This document shows, piece after piece, positions 1 to 14,749 of a stretch of 64,000 nucleotides of DNA. Each line of letters opens with the position of its first letter. Positions within the stretch are counted from its first letter, which is position 1. The translations under genes were made by a program, and so were the position numbers. The notes beneath the pieces are model-generated. The model ran no database searches and was not told the DNA's origin. It worked only from the letters and a program-made list of their open reading frames with translations. Source of the stretch: Octopus vulgaris (lineage: Eukaryota). The stretch is taken from assembly GCA_951406725.2 (NCBI GenBank), contig OX597821.1, positions 102,052,001-102,116,000 on the forward strand. Reading direction: 5' to 3'.

Positions 1-2065
1 TTCACATATGGACGCATATATAGATATCGGTGTTGGTCTGAGTGCGTTAATATTAATATTACGTCCGTGTATGTAGATACATATGAGCGCATACATGTTG
101 ATATATGTTTATTCATGTCAGTAATATATATGGGAGTGAATTAGTCAATGAGAGAAAGAGAGAGGAATGCTATTTTTCTGGGCCTCCGATACTGGTGAGA
201 GGAAATAAAATAGCCTCAAACTGGAGGTTTGATTTGTATGTCTGTGGTAGAGTGGATTCTGCTTGAAGCATCCAGACTAGTTTTTGAAATGCCTTCTTTT
301 CAGTTCTATACGAGGATATCATTAGTAGACAAGCTTAGAAATCTCTGTATGAAGAGATTTCGGTAACACAAGTAATACAAATTGAAGTTGTTCGACTATG
401 TAATGAGAATACCATCCTTTAACTATAGAGCGTTGGCATTCCGCCAAGACGTCCGTCACCCCAGACTACGTGGGAGATCACCGAAGCAGTGGACCTCTCA
501 CATAGATCCTCGAAGACACAAATTTATCGCTTGCAACAGGGGAAAGGAGAACATCTGATCGTAAGGTCAAGGTGACGAAAGACGAGGCGTAGAGAATGGC
601 TAAGAGGGTGGGCAGGAGGCTATCCACCCCGGGCGACATTTTTAAAGGGACGGAACAGTTGGGTCTGCTATAGAAGCCTGTAGAAGTAGTCGGGGACAAA
701 CTCAAGGATTGCTCCGGGCGGCACACACACAAACTACATCACTGATGAGGCGCGCTGCAGTTCGGGTTGCCTCTGTGTATGTCTGTCTTGTAACGGGAAA
801 CTACAAATGAACACCCACAAAAACCATATATATTATTATTTGTTATCGCTTCACTTGATAACATTTAGTTCGATAACTAGCAACCAAAGTTGCTTCAAGT
901 CTTATACTTCCTGTGAAATAAGAAAAACGTTAAATGTTACCAAAAGAATAGTAGAAACGCATAAAGTTGAGAAAGAGTGGTAGTATGAATTAACGAAGGA
1001 TTCACAAATATGTTTATGTGATGTCATCCCCTATGTTTTCTCAGCCTTCAGTCTCTCTCTCTCTTTCTTTTTTTAAATTTTTTTATCTGGAATAGTGGAA
1101 TGGGGAGAAAGACAAAGTTAGAAAGAGGGAGGCGAATGTTGGTTATTGTGCGCTGGTTTGAAAACTGAATAACACATTCAAATAGACAGATATTTGCAAG
1201 TTCTGTCTTGAGTGAACCCTGAAATCAAGCTAAATATCCAAGAATCAAAAGAAAAAAATCTTGTCCCCAAAAATAGAACCTCCTTCGATACAATAAAAAT
1301 ATATGTAAATAACAGCAACAAAGACAATTGCGTACACTGATAGCTTGAAAACATGAAAAACAGTGTCACTCTAGGCTGTTCTTAGTATAGTTACGGACAC
1401 CATCAGTCAGATAAAATGATCATTATATTAAACACAGACGTCACCTTAGAAAAAGTCAAAATTATCAAAATACTTGGTAACAGTGATTTCCCATTGTAAT
1501 ATGTATATATGTATGTGTGTAAGTATGTATGTATGTATGTATATGTATGTATGTATGTACGTGTGCATATATAAATTGTAAAGACCCTCTTTGGTCATGA
1601 ATGACCATGGGATTGCATCTAACTGGTAACCAGCCAAACAAAGATATTACAGTAAGTCTGGCTTCCCTCATCAAGACAGGATTGACAAATGCCGGATTTA
1701 TTGTAATATCTTCATGTGACTGGTTAACGGTTACATACCCATACCTTTTTGTTCAATTCATCTGCAAATTATGATTACTACGTAATTCTAGACTTCTTGA
1801 AACAGCTGTTGAGAAATATGTTAAGAAACTGCATATTCAATTCTATATTTTTTGTGTCCCATGTAAATACATTTACATCAAGTCTATCTGTGTTTATCTC
1901 CATTACTATCTCAATACCTGCTCGATTTGGATTTTTCGTATAGCCATTCTTGACACTGCGGGCGTGGACAAATAATTCGGAGTTTAAGCTCATATCCTTT
2001 TGAGCACCACTATGTGTTTTCTAAACCGAGCAAACCCAGCTTTCAACTATTGTCTGCCTGTATAT

Positions 2066-2475
2066 CTTTTATCTTTTACTTGTTTCAGTGATTAACGGAG
2101 GTCATGAAGAATTTTAGTTCAATGAATTGATCCCAATATTTACTTTTTTAAAGGCTGGTACTTATTCTATCGGTATCTTTTTACGAACTGCTAAGTTACA
2201 GAGACGTGAATAAACCAGCATTGGTTGACAAGCAGTGGTGGGGAAAAATAGACACACGCATTCCACACAGATACACACAAGCATACATACATGCACCCAT
2301 ACGCGTGCATGTGTGTGTGTGTGTGTGTGTGATTACGACGAGCTTCTTTTGGTCTCTGTCAACCAAATCCATTCACAAGGCTTTGGTCGGCACGAGGCTA
2401 TGGTAGAAGACTGTTGCCGAAAGTGCCTCACGGCGTGACTGAATCCAGAACCGTATGGGTGGGAAGCAAACTTTA
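2066..2475 (-). mobile_element. tRNA-derived SINE with internal CA/GT microsatellite
   Basis: Shares the blocks ...CTAAGTTAC...ACCAAATCCA.TCACAAGGCTTTGGTCGG...GTAGAAGAC...GACTGAA with many other copies in the window. Confidence 0.8.
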
Positions 2476-2653
2476 TATCTTTATATGTGTGTGTGTGTGT
2501 GGTATAATTTAGTTTTTTCGTTGTTGAATTGATAAAAGGTGTTTTTTTTTCTAATTAATATATATATATTATATTTTGTGAAATTTGATTTAGTATTTCT
2601 AAACTGAATTTTTCCCTGTAAGTTTGGAATAATATTCCCTAATATTATATATA

Positions 2654-2705
<52 letters not shown>

Positions 2706-3445
2706 AGTCGATCTGTATCAACATAATGTAGTAAAGTGTTCCCTTGAAGAACTGTTGTGGATCTGCATCCAACTACACTATGGACAGCCACTGCAGCGAA
2801 TGCAAATAGCTAGAATAGCGAAACGTACGTTAGTGATCGAATGGTATAAACTGCATCATGTGCTTATCATACTTTTTCACGTACTCACATATTCTTCGTC
2901 TGAGCTATTCCATCTTCTTGGATTGTATCATTTTCCTGAGCTATAATATGATGTTATTTCGCTTGTGCACATGCGCTACAAAAAATGCACAGAAAGTTAA
3001 TTATTTTGCACTCACCCATACTTACAAACACATATTTTTGCATCCTTATGCATTTGTGTCCCGTGTATAAACAAGGGCAGTATATGCAATAAAATTTCAA
3101 TCATTTTTCTACATTCGTACAGTTGACCTTACAACCTAATGTGTTTACAGTCCGGCTTGTAAATCACAGTCTTAATACACTACTCAGACTTTTGTGTTTA
3201 AAAAAAATTTTTGAACATAGCATTCGTTCGGAATGCAATAGAAGTCAACTGCATCTTATAAAGAAGTCACATAGCCAGTATGACACATTATATAACTAAT
3301 GCCTGAACTTTCTCCCTCCCTCTTCTTCTGTATGTATCTCTCTCTCTTCCTCCCTCCCTTTCCACACATTCTCATACATGCACTAACGGATTAATCTCGT
3401 ACATACACACTTATATGCATCATACATACCTGCTTGCATACATAA

Positions 3446-3476
<31 letters not shown>

Positions 3477-4913
3477 CATACATATGTACGTACGTACATA
3501 CGTACATACATACATATGTGAATGTTGGCATATATGTGCGTGCGCATGTTTCTATGTATCGTTTTCATTCTCAGCATTCTTATTCGCCCATTAGTCTACA
3601 GAAGTCACACACTCGCACATATGGAGAATATTATCCTGGCTTTAGGTTTCGGTTGTATCTGTCAAAACAAGTAGAGTAGAAAGTCAAATGCAAAAGTTCA
3701 TTTTACAGGTCATATCCAGCATAGCTGTACGATCGTGAATTCTTGTAATAACAGAAAAAGGGTCAACTGTATATTAAGGGAGATTACTCTGATTCGACAC
3801 TAAACTTATTTCCAAACAATACTTTTTCAAATTGAAATGCAACTTGTAACTTTCTTTTGTTCAATACTTTTTCGATTTAGTTAAGTTTATGTTTAGTGCC
3901 ATGTTGAATTATAGAAATAGGTTTTAATTTTATTCCTGTTTAGTTTAATCCTTGGATTAAAAGAGATTCAATATTTCTAGTTAGCATTTTAATGGTCTGA
4001 ACATTACATATATTAACATTAACATAAGCATTGCTTTCTTTTTATGTGAATGGTATCTTCAGACTAGTAACTGCTTGAACAACTATCTTTTCTTTCACCA
4101 ATTAAATGTTCTATCGTGTACATTTAACAATTCTTTCAATACTTCTTCGGCATTCATGTTGAACGTCATGCTTCACTGAGGAGGTCGGAAATCCCTGAAA
4201 CATGTCCGAAGATGTCTTCCTTACTTACAGGAAAAAATGAAAATAATACTCGTCACTGCTTAATTTTGTTTTCTTTGACTTTACTCTTCAGAAATTTATT
4301 TCTTGTTGACTCTTTTTTAAAAATAAATATGCATTAAATTATCTAAAACCTTCAATGAATAAAGAAGGGAAAATATTCACTAGAGATGTATTGAATAAAT
4401 CATTATGGAAATATACGGGGAAGAAGTTGTTCTTTTCTTTCTTTCTTTTTCTTTTTACAATTTGAATTATTAACTCGTGCTTAAATAATTAATATATTGT
4501 GAGAAAACATATGATCCGTGTAGTATTGGTCGTCTGAAACAGTGTGATTTCGTTTCTGTACCTCTGCTGGATGCGCGCGCGCACTCACAGACGTGTCCGT
4601 TTATATGTATGTATGTGTGTGTGTGTGTTCTGTATTTAACCATTTAAATTCTTCCTCTGAAGAGCTGGTTTCTAATAAAGATACAAAGCTCAATCTTTGG
4701 AATGTGGACAACAAAAACAATGCTACGAGAAACATCTTGCATAGTTTTACTGTTCCGCTTACAGATTGTATTTGCAATGTGCGAATCAGTTGATCCCTTT
4801 TTTCTGGAAATCCAAGCTTATCCAGATTGACAGTAAAGCATTTACTTACAAAACCAAATGCACCAATTATTTATTGGCATAAATGTAAATTTGTAATCCG
4901 GATATAGAAGATG

Positions 4914-5134
4914 GTATGTATGTATGTATGTATGTATGTATGTATGTATGTATGTATGTATGTATGTATGTATGTATGTATGTGTGTATGTGTGTATGTG
5001 TGTACGCATGTATGTACGTACGTATGTATGTATGTACGTACGTACGTATGTACCTACGTATGTATGTACGTACGTACGTACGTGTGTGTGTGTATATGTA
5101 TGAATGTATGTATATATATGTGTATATATTATAT

Positions 5135-5183
<49 letters not shown>
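4914..5183. repeat. Compound (TATG)n/(TACG)n/(TA)n microsatellite
   Basis: Directly visible. It produces the spurious YVCM-repeat ORFs. Confidence 0.95.
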
Positions 5184-5539
5184 CGAAAGGGTTTTATAGC
5201 GACGTATTTTAATAAATGAATTATCAATTAAAAAAAAAGTGAACGAAATAACATTGGCAATGGACCAACTTCAACTGTTGCAATTTTATAATATGAGAAG
5301 CCATTCGGGTATCGAAATTTCTCTATGGGAGTTCAAAGAAGTAATGTAAACCATAAAATGAATGTAAAGGAGAATTTTTTTTTAATTGCCAAAGAAATTG
5401 TAAGACTATTATGAAAGAAAGATCATAACTTCTCGTGTGAATATGAACAAGAGCTTTTTAACAGAACTGGCAAGTTCGTCGGAGGAAAAAAAGCAACAGA
5501 ATTCTTGTATCATTAACACACGACTGCATACGCACTTAC

Positions 5540-6580
5540 ACACACATACATACACACTTACACGGTCTCCCTCTCACTCTAATATATAATTCTCTCTTTC
5601 TCTCTCATACACACACATACAGACACTTCCCCTCTGAAACTACCATACACACGCGTGCATGTACACTTACATTCACACTCACCCTCTCTTACGCTTTCTC
5701 TCTCTCTCTCTCTCTCTCACAAACACAGCTATCACTTATCCCCCCACTCTCTCACACACACTACTGCGCTCTCTCACACACTCCCTGTTCTCCCTTATTC
5801 TCATACCCTATCCTCATCTCTCTCTCTCCCTTTCGCTGTCTGTCTCTCACTCTCTGTTTCCCACACTGACAAATGTCTACTAAAATGTGTGCTAAAAGTT
5901 AACTTCAGTGCGTTTATAAGAGATAAAAATGGACAAACTATTGTAATGAAACATAATTTCTGTTAGTTCTATGAATTGTGTGTCAGTTCAGTCTCTTAGC
6001 GAGTTGATATTAGTGTTTGCGTCTCTCATTTTTCTGGCCCAGTTCATTTGTCTCACACTCTATTTCTCCCTCACTTAGACTTGTTGTCGTTTTCTCTCTG
6101 TATCTCCCACCTCTCCCTCACTTTCCTTCTCTCTCTCTGTCTCATTCCCTTTCTCTCTTCCTCTTTACCATGTCACTTTGTCACTTTCTTGCCATTTTTT
6201 CATGCCTTCTCTTTCCCTCACTTTCTCTTTCTCTCTCTCTTACTTACTTTCACATCTGTTCCATTGTTTCATTCTCTTACTCTGATGTGATGACTCTTGT
6301 CACAAAATGGGAACATTTAGTTCTGTATATGTTTACAGTCAATAAACAAAACAAAAATAACCGTCTGCAATCAGATTTGACAGAAAACATTCCGGGACAA
6401 ATAGAAACTGAAAGGTGAAGAGAATGTTGGCATTGATGGTAATGATGATGATGAGGTGATGAGATGATGGTTATGCTGTTATTGGTGGTGTTCGTGGTGA
6501 TGGTGACGAAGACGCTGACGACGATAATGATGATGATGACCACGACGACAATGATGACGAAGACAACGACGACGAGGAGG
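5540..6580. repeat. Low-complexity CT/CA-rich tracts and a (GAT/GAC)n tract
   Basis: Directly visible pyrimidine-rich runs and trinucleotide repeats at 6435-6580. Confidence 0.85.
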
Positions 6581-7217
6581 CGATAGTGTTTGCTTTGCTC
6601 AGTTCTAATTTTTGAAAGGCTGTTGAAAGCATAACTCTATAACATATTTCATTTAGTTATAGATTTCGATTGTGTCTCTAATTTCATTTTCTTGTTAAGG
6701 TTTTTAAAAAAATTTTAACACTTGAATGACTATCACAATAATAATAATAATTGAAACAGGGTTGCTATTAAATATTACTCCCCACGACTGAGAGTAAAAT
6801 ATATACAGTCAAAATAGGTAATTGATGTATAACTTCAACCGGCATTTTATTTTCATCGGTAAACCCAAAAATCTGATACGAAAAATAATTGCAGCTTTAG
6901 ACAATTTCTCAATTCAAATGTTGGGAACGCTGCTCCATTTGGTCGCACGAACTGTTAGAAATAATAACCAAATTGCTCTCGAATTATGTCCTAGAGAAAG
7001 GATACATTAGATAATGTGGAGCATGGTTTTAAAGAACTAGGTTATGGTTTGAACACCTTTGAACATAAGTGAGGAAATGAAGAATAGAAGAAAAAATATA
7101 TACCATCTTTTTATGTATAATAATTAGCTTTGTGTATTCATTCACTGACATACTAAAGAGCTAAGAAAGAGGCTGTCATAACAAATAGTCATAGAAGTAA
7201 AATGAATGCGAGTAGAA

Positions 7218-7426
7218 GGCGATCTTTTGGTACAAGTACCATAACAGCCAATTATAAACCCACGTAGGTTTATTTACATTTCTGAAGAAAAAAGAAACCC
7301 TTTTCCCCCACCCCTAATCCTAACCTCACATATTTAAAAAAAAAGAACTTTACGGAAACTTTACGATCTTCTTCAAATGTAAACAAACAGACTTGGCAGT
7401 TATGGTACTTGTACCGAAAGATTGCC
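7218..7426. mobile_element. MITE with about 34-bp terminal inverted repeats
   Basis: GGCGATCTTTTGGTACAAGTACCATAACAGCCAA ... TTGGCAGTTATGGTACTTGTACCGAAAGATTGCC. Confidence 0.75.
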
Positions 7427-9424
7427 CATCAATTTTCCTACAGCCTTCTTATCTGACTTGTTAACTGAAAGGAAAAGTTGCATTCCTGTATTTCAGAATT
7501 TAACTAAATACTACAAAGAAATTTATCAGTCACTACTTTGCTGCCACTCTTCAGAGAATATAAGTAGGAATAAACGTCAACCCCATGAGAAATTTATAAT
7601 ATATTGCAAAATACCAATAAATATGCGAGTAAATGTAGAAGAGGGTGAATAACTGCAAAAGCATCAAGCCATTAATCCACTTATATTTATTAGCTTTGTG
7701 TATTTTATCCACTGTTGAGCTAAAGAGATAATATGTGTAAGTAGGACACTGTTGAAGCACAAATAGAGAGTGAGCGATCAGAGAAGTAAAATGAGTATGA
7801 GTGGAAGGATGATGTGTTTATTATGCCAATACAGAAAAGCAAACAGGGAAACAATAAGTGAGAGAATTGAAATAAGAGTAAATTAGAATAAGATACGTAA
7901 CAAGAAGGGGCAGCTAATTGACAACTGTACTTTCATTGCGAAAAAATTGCTGTCGTGTCATTTATAAGATTAAAACAGGATAGCAGGAGTTATCTCCCTT
8001 ATATTTAGCATGTCATTCTTTGTTTCGTTTGTCCTTCTGAAAGTATACTAATATAGCGTGCATATATTTGTAAACATCACAATAAAAAGGAATTTTGATT
8101 TTTCTATTGTAAAACACTTCCTATAATTAATCAGACTGCCATTCATATTTAATGATATAAGTACACTAGTAAATATATTTTCTATTCATTGAACTGTAAG
8201 CTAAACATAGTTTTTTTTTTATTAATACATCACTGAGGTTAGATATGGCCTTATGCTTGAAGACAACATGTTAACATATTTAATGCAGTGAGCATCAAAA
8301 ATCTAGTTAGAATTACTGAAATACTTATGTATTGATAGAAGACAACAAAAGCCCCAAGTCTAATAGTCTTATATTCTTCAGTCTTTGAGCTAACGCATTT
8401 CCACACTGCTTATATAATTTTAATTAAGATATCTGTATATCTATATATGTATACATACATATATATAAATGTATATAATATATATCAATTAAAGAAAAAC
8501 CACTATTATGTAATTCAAACAATGCTAGATATAAACTATATCATATAGAAAAAATAAAATATATTATAAAACATATATCTAGATCACAAGAAAAGAACAA
8601 AAAAATGAATAAACATTATATACTATGATATGGTTTATGTCTATCAAAGTTTGAATTACATAATAGTGGTTTTTCTCTAATTTATATATACATTATATAT
8701 TTATATTGTGAAATTTGATTTAATACTAAATTGAATTTTTCCCTGTAAGTTTGGAGTTATACTCCCTATTATTACTATTATTATTATTATTATTATTATA
8801 AATGTATGTTTGTATATATGTATATTAGCACTAACCTAACTATTATCTTTAAAGACTAAAAAGTTTTAAGAAAAAGGTAAAGGGGAGAGGTAAGCAAAAT
8901 TTCTTTCAAATCATGTCGTTACTATTTAGGGTTAGATCAGCACTGATAGAAAATATGTCAAAAACATTTCAGCCATTAGAACTCTTACTTGTATTGGATT
9001 TGGGGGAAACTCAACTGCTTTTCCAGGTCAAGTGAATATATAGAACATTTCTTGTTGGCTCATTTCAACTCAGTCTCTGGAATTTTTTTTTTAACATAAA
9101 TATAAGCAAAAATATAATTCATAAAGTGGAAAAAAACAAACAAATAAATGAAGTCATGAATACTGACTTCATTTCTTTCACCCCATTCACTGCTATATGT
9201 TTGACAGCACAAGGAAGAGCTTTGTTTCCAACCAGTCAACTGCAGGGAATATGGTTGTTAAAAGAATGTTCAGCACCTGTAACATGACAGCAGCTCATAT
9301 TTATCAAGAGAAAATCTCCTTAAAACACATTTCCTTTTCTTTTTTGTTCTCTCTCTCTCCCCTCCTTCCTCTTGCTTTCACACACATGTGTTTGTGTGTG
9401 TGTGCATGCATGGACGTTAAATGA

Positions 9425-9483
<59 letters not shown>

Positions 9484-9789
9484 TATAAGATATACAGATA
9501 TGCATAGTTACATATATTTATTGTTAGAGCATGAGGAATGGAAATTTGTACATGCATACAATTGTATGCATATGCTTATTTGTGTGCACATGTGCATGTG
9601 TATCTAAAATGGGGATGAACACCATTCCTCCATGTGATTGGTTTGAAAAATTGTTATGATATTAATATAGTTTTGTTTTTCTTGACATTGAAACCAATGG
9701 TAGCCTAAATTCACAAATAAAGGTATGTATGTATATACATGCCAGCATAAAAAACAACTATTAAATGCTGCTGATGATGATATATATAC

Positions 9790-10390
9790 ATATATATTAT
9801 CACCAGTTTACCTCCGTTTCCCATGCTGGCATGCATTAGCTGGTTTGACAGGAGCTGGCCAGTTGAAGAGATATCTGGATTCCATCTGTTTTGGCATGAT
9901 TTCTACAGCTGGATGTCCTTCCTAACACCAGCCGCTTCACAGAGTGTACTGGATGCCTTTATGCAACACCAGCATGGATGCTTTTTACATGGCACCAGCA
10001 TCCATGAGTCCACAAGATTCGGATTGGTCAGCGGAAGAGGGATGCAGGGACCACGATTTTACTTAGCTTGACATGATATATGAATATATATACATGCCAG
10101 TGGCATGTAAAAAGCATCCAGTACACTGGCAGTTTGACATGGAGCGGGCATGGTTTCTACAGCTGGATGCCCTTCCTAGCACTAACCACTTAACAGTGTG
10201 CTGGATGCTTTTTACATGCCACTGCCTTGGATTGGACAGTTTAACAGGATCTGATGGTCTGAAAGACTGCATCATACTCCAAAGTCTGCTTTGGCCTGCT
10301 ATCTACAGCTGGATACCCTTCCTAACATCCACTTCTTTACAAAGTGTACTGGGTGCTTTTATAGTGACACCAACATGTCAACCTGTAGCT
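9790..10390 (-). mobile_element. Cluster of RTE-type 3'-end fragments
   Basis: Three repeats of CTACAGCTGGATG/ACC.TTCCTA. The same motif occurs at 15398-15630, 28545-28715, 36290-36880, 38110-38305 and 63705-64000. Confidence 0.75.
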
Positions 10391-10638
10391 TGCAAGATTA
10401 AGATCCCTTTCGACTTTAAATGAGTGGAGCTACAATAAAGTGGGAGGCAATTTTATGGCAGGTAATAATAGGTTAGAGGTAAAGGTAAGGGCTGGAGAGT
10501 AGCTGCATGGCTATTCACAAATTTACAAGAGTGGGTAGGAGCAATCGGGGGTGGGGGCGGGGCTGGAGAGATAAAGAGGGTAGTGAAAACATAGTTTTGG
10601 GTTTAGTGCCACTGTAACCACAACTGAATACACACGTT

Positions 10639-10705
<67 letters not shown>

Positions 10706-10721
10706 CACATACATATATATA

Positions 10722-10932
10722 AATGTGACCGCGTATGTATAGTTGGCGATTTTTTTCTCCGTCTTCCCTTCCTTGGATCTTTCCTTTTCCTATGTTTCTG
10801 ACAAAGAGCTCCGCTCGAAACGTTAAATTCTCCTTCTTTCTTTCCTTTCCTGAGCGTCCAATAACACTATACTTGTTCCACGTCCTCGCATTGTTGTGTT
10901 TTCTCTTTGTGTTTTCATGTTTGGATTAACAT

Positions 10933-10935
<3 letters not shown>
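10722..10935 (+). mobile_element. Short (TA)n-embedded repeat with decayed hammerhead-like motif (Penelope-like terminal repeat)
   Basis: CTGACAA-A-GAGC(tcc)GCTC-GAAA-CGTTA at 10798-10825, with (TA)n on both sides. A related copy lies at 16000-16170. Confidence 0.5.
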
Positions 10936-10992
<57 letters not shown>

Positions 10993-11595
10993 GTGTGTGT
11001 GTATTTGCATACATACATATGTACATAGATATATGAATATACATATATGTAAAATATGTATACGTACATATCTACATGTATATATATGTATGTATGTGCG
11101 TGTTTATATAAAGACAGATAGATCTGCAGACTGGTGCCCTCACCTCACGGATCTTGTTTCCTTATAACTGTCTGTAAAATACATGATTTTTTAATATTTT
11201 GCAGTGATACGTTTTCCAGAGTGTGGATTACAATTATGCTGGTAAAATTTATTAAAAAAAAATTTCTTTGGAAGAATTTCTGTTCGTTCTTCCCTTCTCC
11301 TGCCCCAACTTTGTTACCCCTAATTTTCGTAACTCTAGTATTTTTATATATGGTTTAAATATCAATATGTAATCTACACTCACGAAAGCGTATTTCTGCA
11401 AAATGTAATTTGAAAATAGATTTTAAAGAAAGTTATTTTGAAACTAACTTGGGAGAGTGTCTCGAAACTCCTTCGAAGAATTTTTTTTATGTCATTAGAA
11501 CAATCGTAATCTACACCATCGAAAAAGTACCCCTGCTTAGTTTCGTTAAAAATATGCGTTTTTCAAAAAGTTATACAGAAACAAATTTGTGGGGC

Positions 11596-12172
<577 letters not shown>

Positions 12173-12859
12173 AAATTCAAATTTGAAAGACTGTCAGTGT
12201 ACCATAAAAACACCTCGGGAGATAACTCTTCATTTTTTCTTCTTTTTTTTCTGAAAAGGAAGTGTTTTTTTTCACTTTCGTCTGAAATCTCAAATGAAAT
12301 TACATTCGACCTATTCCCCGTAGTTTTAAAGGAAAGCAAATATAATAAATTGTATTTAAAATAAGCGTTAATTTTAAGGCATGGATTTACTTGTAAATAT
12401 AATGATAGTTGACGATGCCTGTTTGTAAAACATGTAATTCATAGGAAGAAAATAATTGCCATAATTGTCATTAGAATTGTGTGTATATATACTTTTCTGT
12501 TGTTTAGTTACATTATAGTCAAACATACAGACACAGTACAACTATATACTAGGAAATTACTTAATTGTTTTAGCAAGCAAAGAAGTCGCCCAAGTTTTTT
12601 TTTTTCTTTTAGTAACAAACGAGAAGTACACGTGAGTGTATATATGTAATTAAGAAAATAGAGGCGTATTACTTGTGTGAATATTAAGTGGTGTTTTTTT
12701 TTTTTTGTATAATTGCTGTGGTGCGTACCTATGTGTTGAACTAATTTAAGTCGGCATGTCCGTCTTAATTGCTCATCCCGCTACTCTTTTTGGCGCTGAC
12801 ATTATAAGTGCTGCTCCTGAAGACTTTGTAAAGAACTAGCCAACAACACAGCCTCTATG

Positions 12860-13045
12860 TAGTCGCTGAAAATGCTAAACATAGCAGCTAAATCTAACTC
12901 AAATCACACCCTCCATGCCATCTTAAAAATAAAGGGACGCATAGAGTAATATAGTTGTTCCTGATTTACCAAAATAGAGTACGGTCATGACTGGAATGTT
13001 TTTGAGTATAGATTTGCTCGATCCAGTTTGACCTGGAGCTAAATT
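12860..13045 (+). repeat. Unclassified dispersed repeat
   Basis: CTCAAATCACACCCT...TCTTAAA...ATGACTGGAA...GACCTGGAGCTAAA recurs inverted at about 13690-14010 and 54960-55190. Confidence 0.55.
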
Positions 13046-14749
13046 CACGATGACTTTGTTAAGAAGTACTGAAATAAAAACGATCTTTGTTTTAAATCAG
13101 TACCTACAAGATGGAAGGTTTAATGAATGTTTGTATGATATACTAATAACACTGCTTTCTGCAATCATTGTTATCGCAATGTTTGTTTTTGCATATCATC
13201 ACCCCACCCTCACTACGGCTACCGTCATCATGACGATTATCAAGAAATATATAACAAGAGTTGCTCCAAATGAACCCGGTTTGCAAATCGTTGTTAGACC
13301 TGTTTTACGTCAGTGCAAAGAAGTACAAGAAAAAAAAAGAACATGGAAAGACTTGCAAAAGAAAGAGTTGATTAGTGAATATATATTGTGTATAACATTA
13401 AAACATGATCTTACTAAAATAAATTAAAGAAAAATGCTTGTAATTCAAAGACACACACACACACACACACATATATATATGCACACACGCGTGTGTGTGT
13501 GTGTGTATATATATACATCTGTTAAAGAGAAAGCGAGGAGAGATTGAGGTTGACGGATAGAAGCAGCGAAAGAACTGAGTGCAAGTAGACTTTCGGTGGT
13601 TCGCTTTTTGGTTCGTTTGACTTTATGGCCTTGACAAAGGCAAACGTCACAACTTTCCATTTCTTCCCCCACTCCTCTCCCCAGTAACTGAGTGATGGTT
13701 GTTTTATTAGTCCCAACCTAGGTCCGTTCTGATCTAACAGAAATATATGATCAAAGCACCCGGCCATGGTAATCCTATTTTATTTTCGGACAAAGTATCA
13801 AGGATTCCATTATCCAATGTATCCTTTCTCTTATAATATGGTTCAGTCTAGTTTCAGAATAACATGACTGTTATTTCTAGCAGGTCTTTTCTCACTTACT
13901 TTCTTTCTCTTTGTATGCATCCTTCATTTATAACATAAAGTGTAATTTCAGAGGAATGTGACTATTATTTCTAGCGGATCAGGCGACCACGTAGCGGCTC
14001 CTTTAGTGGGTTTTGAGGGTGTGGAGGAAAAACATATTTATTTTAGGTTACACATGTAATATTTTTCTGTAATTTTATTTTTAACTCTTTTGTCAAAAAC
14101 TAACCAGATAACAGAGCAGTGGGAGAAAAAGAAAGATGTGGGGAAAGAGATGAGAGGGTATGAGTAACAGGAAGATAGGGTGAGAGAGGTTAGAAAGAAA
14201 GAGAGAGAATGAAGGGGAGAAAAAAAAAAGCGTGTGAGTCGAAAATATTAAGAGAAAGAAAGGATGAGTGAATGAGAAAGAAAATGGGGAGGGAGTGAGA
14301 AAAGAGCATGTAAGTCAACACTATGGGAGAAAGAGTAAGAGGTAGACAGAGTAAGCGGTAAACGGAATAAGAGGTCAACCGTAAGACATACAAAGAGTGT
14401 GAGTGATAGTAAGAGTAACAATGCATGCACAGAGAAAAATATACGTATTAAAAAGTCAATAGAAAAAATTCATATCACACGTTCTACATAACACAGCGTA
14501 AAATAGTCACTAGCAAAAATATTGAGACACAATTATACATGAATAGAACAAATTCATTTGCAAACATGCTTGCCGCCTTCGTTGAGTGAAGAAAATATAT
14601 AAAATAAGTTTATGACTGAATTAGGTACATGTTGCATAGTGTGATGAAAGTCAGGTCAAAAGACATTTTGTCCAGCAACCTTGTAATATACCATGGAACA
14701 GACAGGCATGTTTATATATATTTATATATATATATATATGTATGTATAT

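Noticed and set aside
742-790. CTGATGA as a hammerhead core
   Set aside because: No stem II closed by GAAA at the right spacing.
1778-1993. Minus-strand ORF as a Penelope-like RT fragment
   Set aside because: Only a faint resemblance and no catalytic motif.
4911-5219. ORFs made of YVCM/IY/VC repeats (also near 10.9, 11.6, 12.0, 20.6 and 62.6 kb)
   Set aside because: They are translations of stop-free microsatellites.
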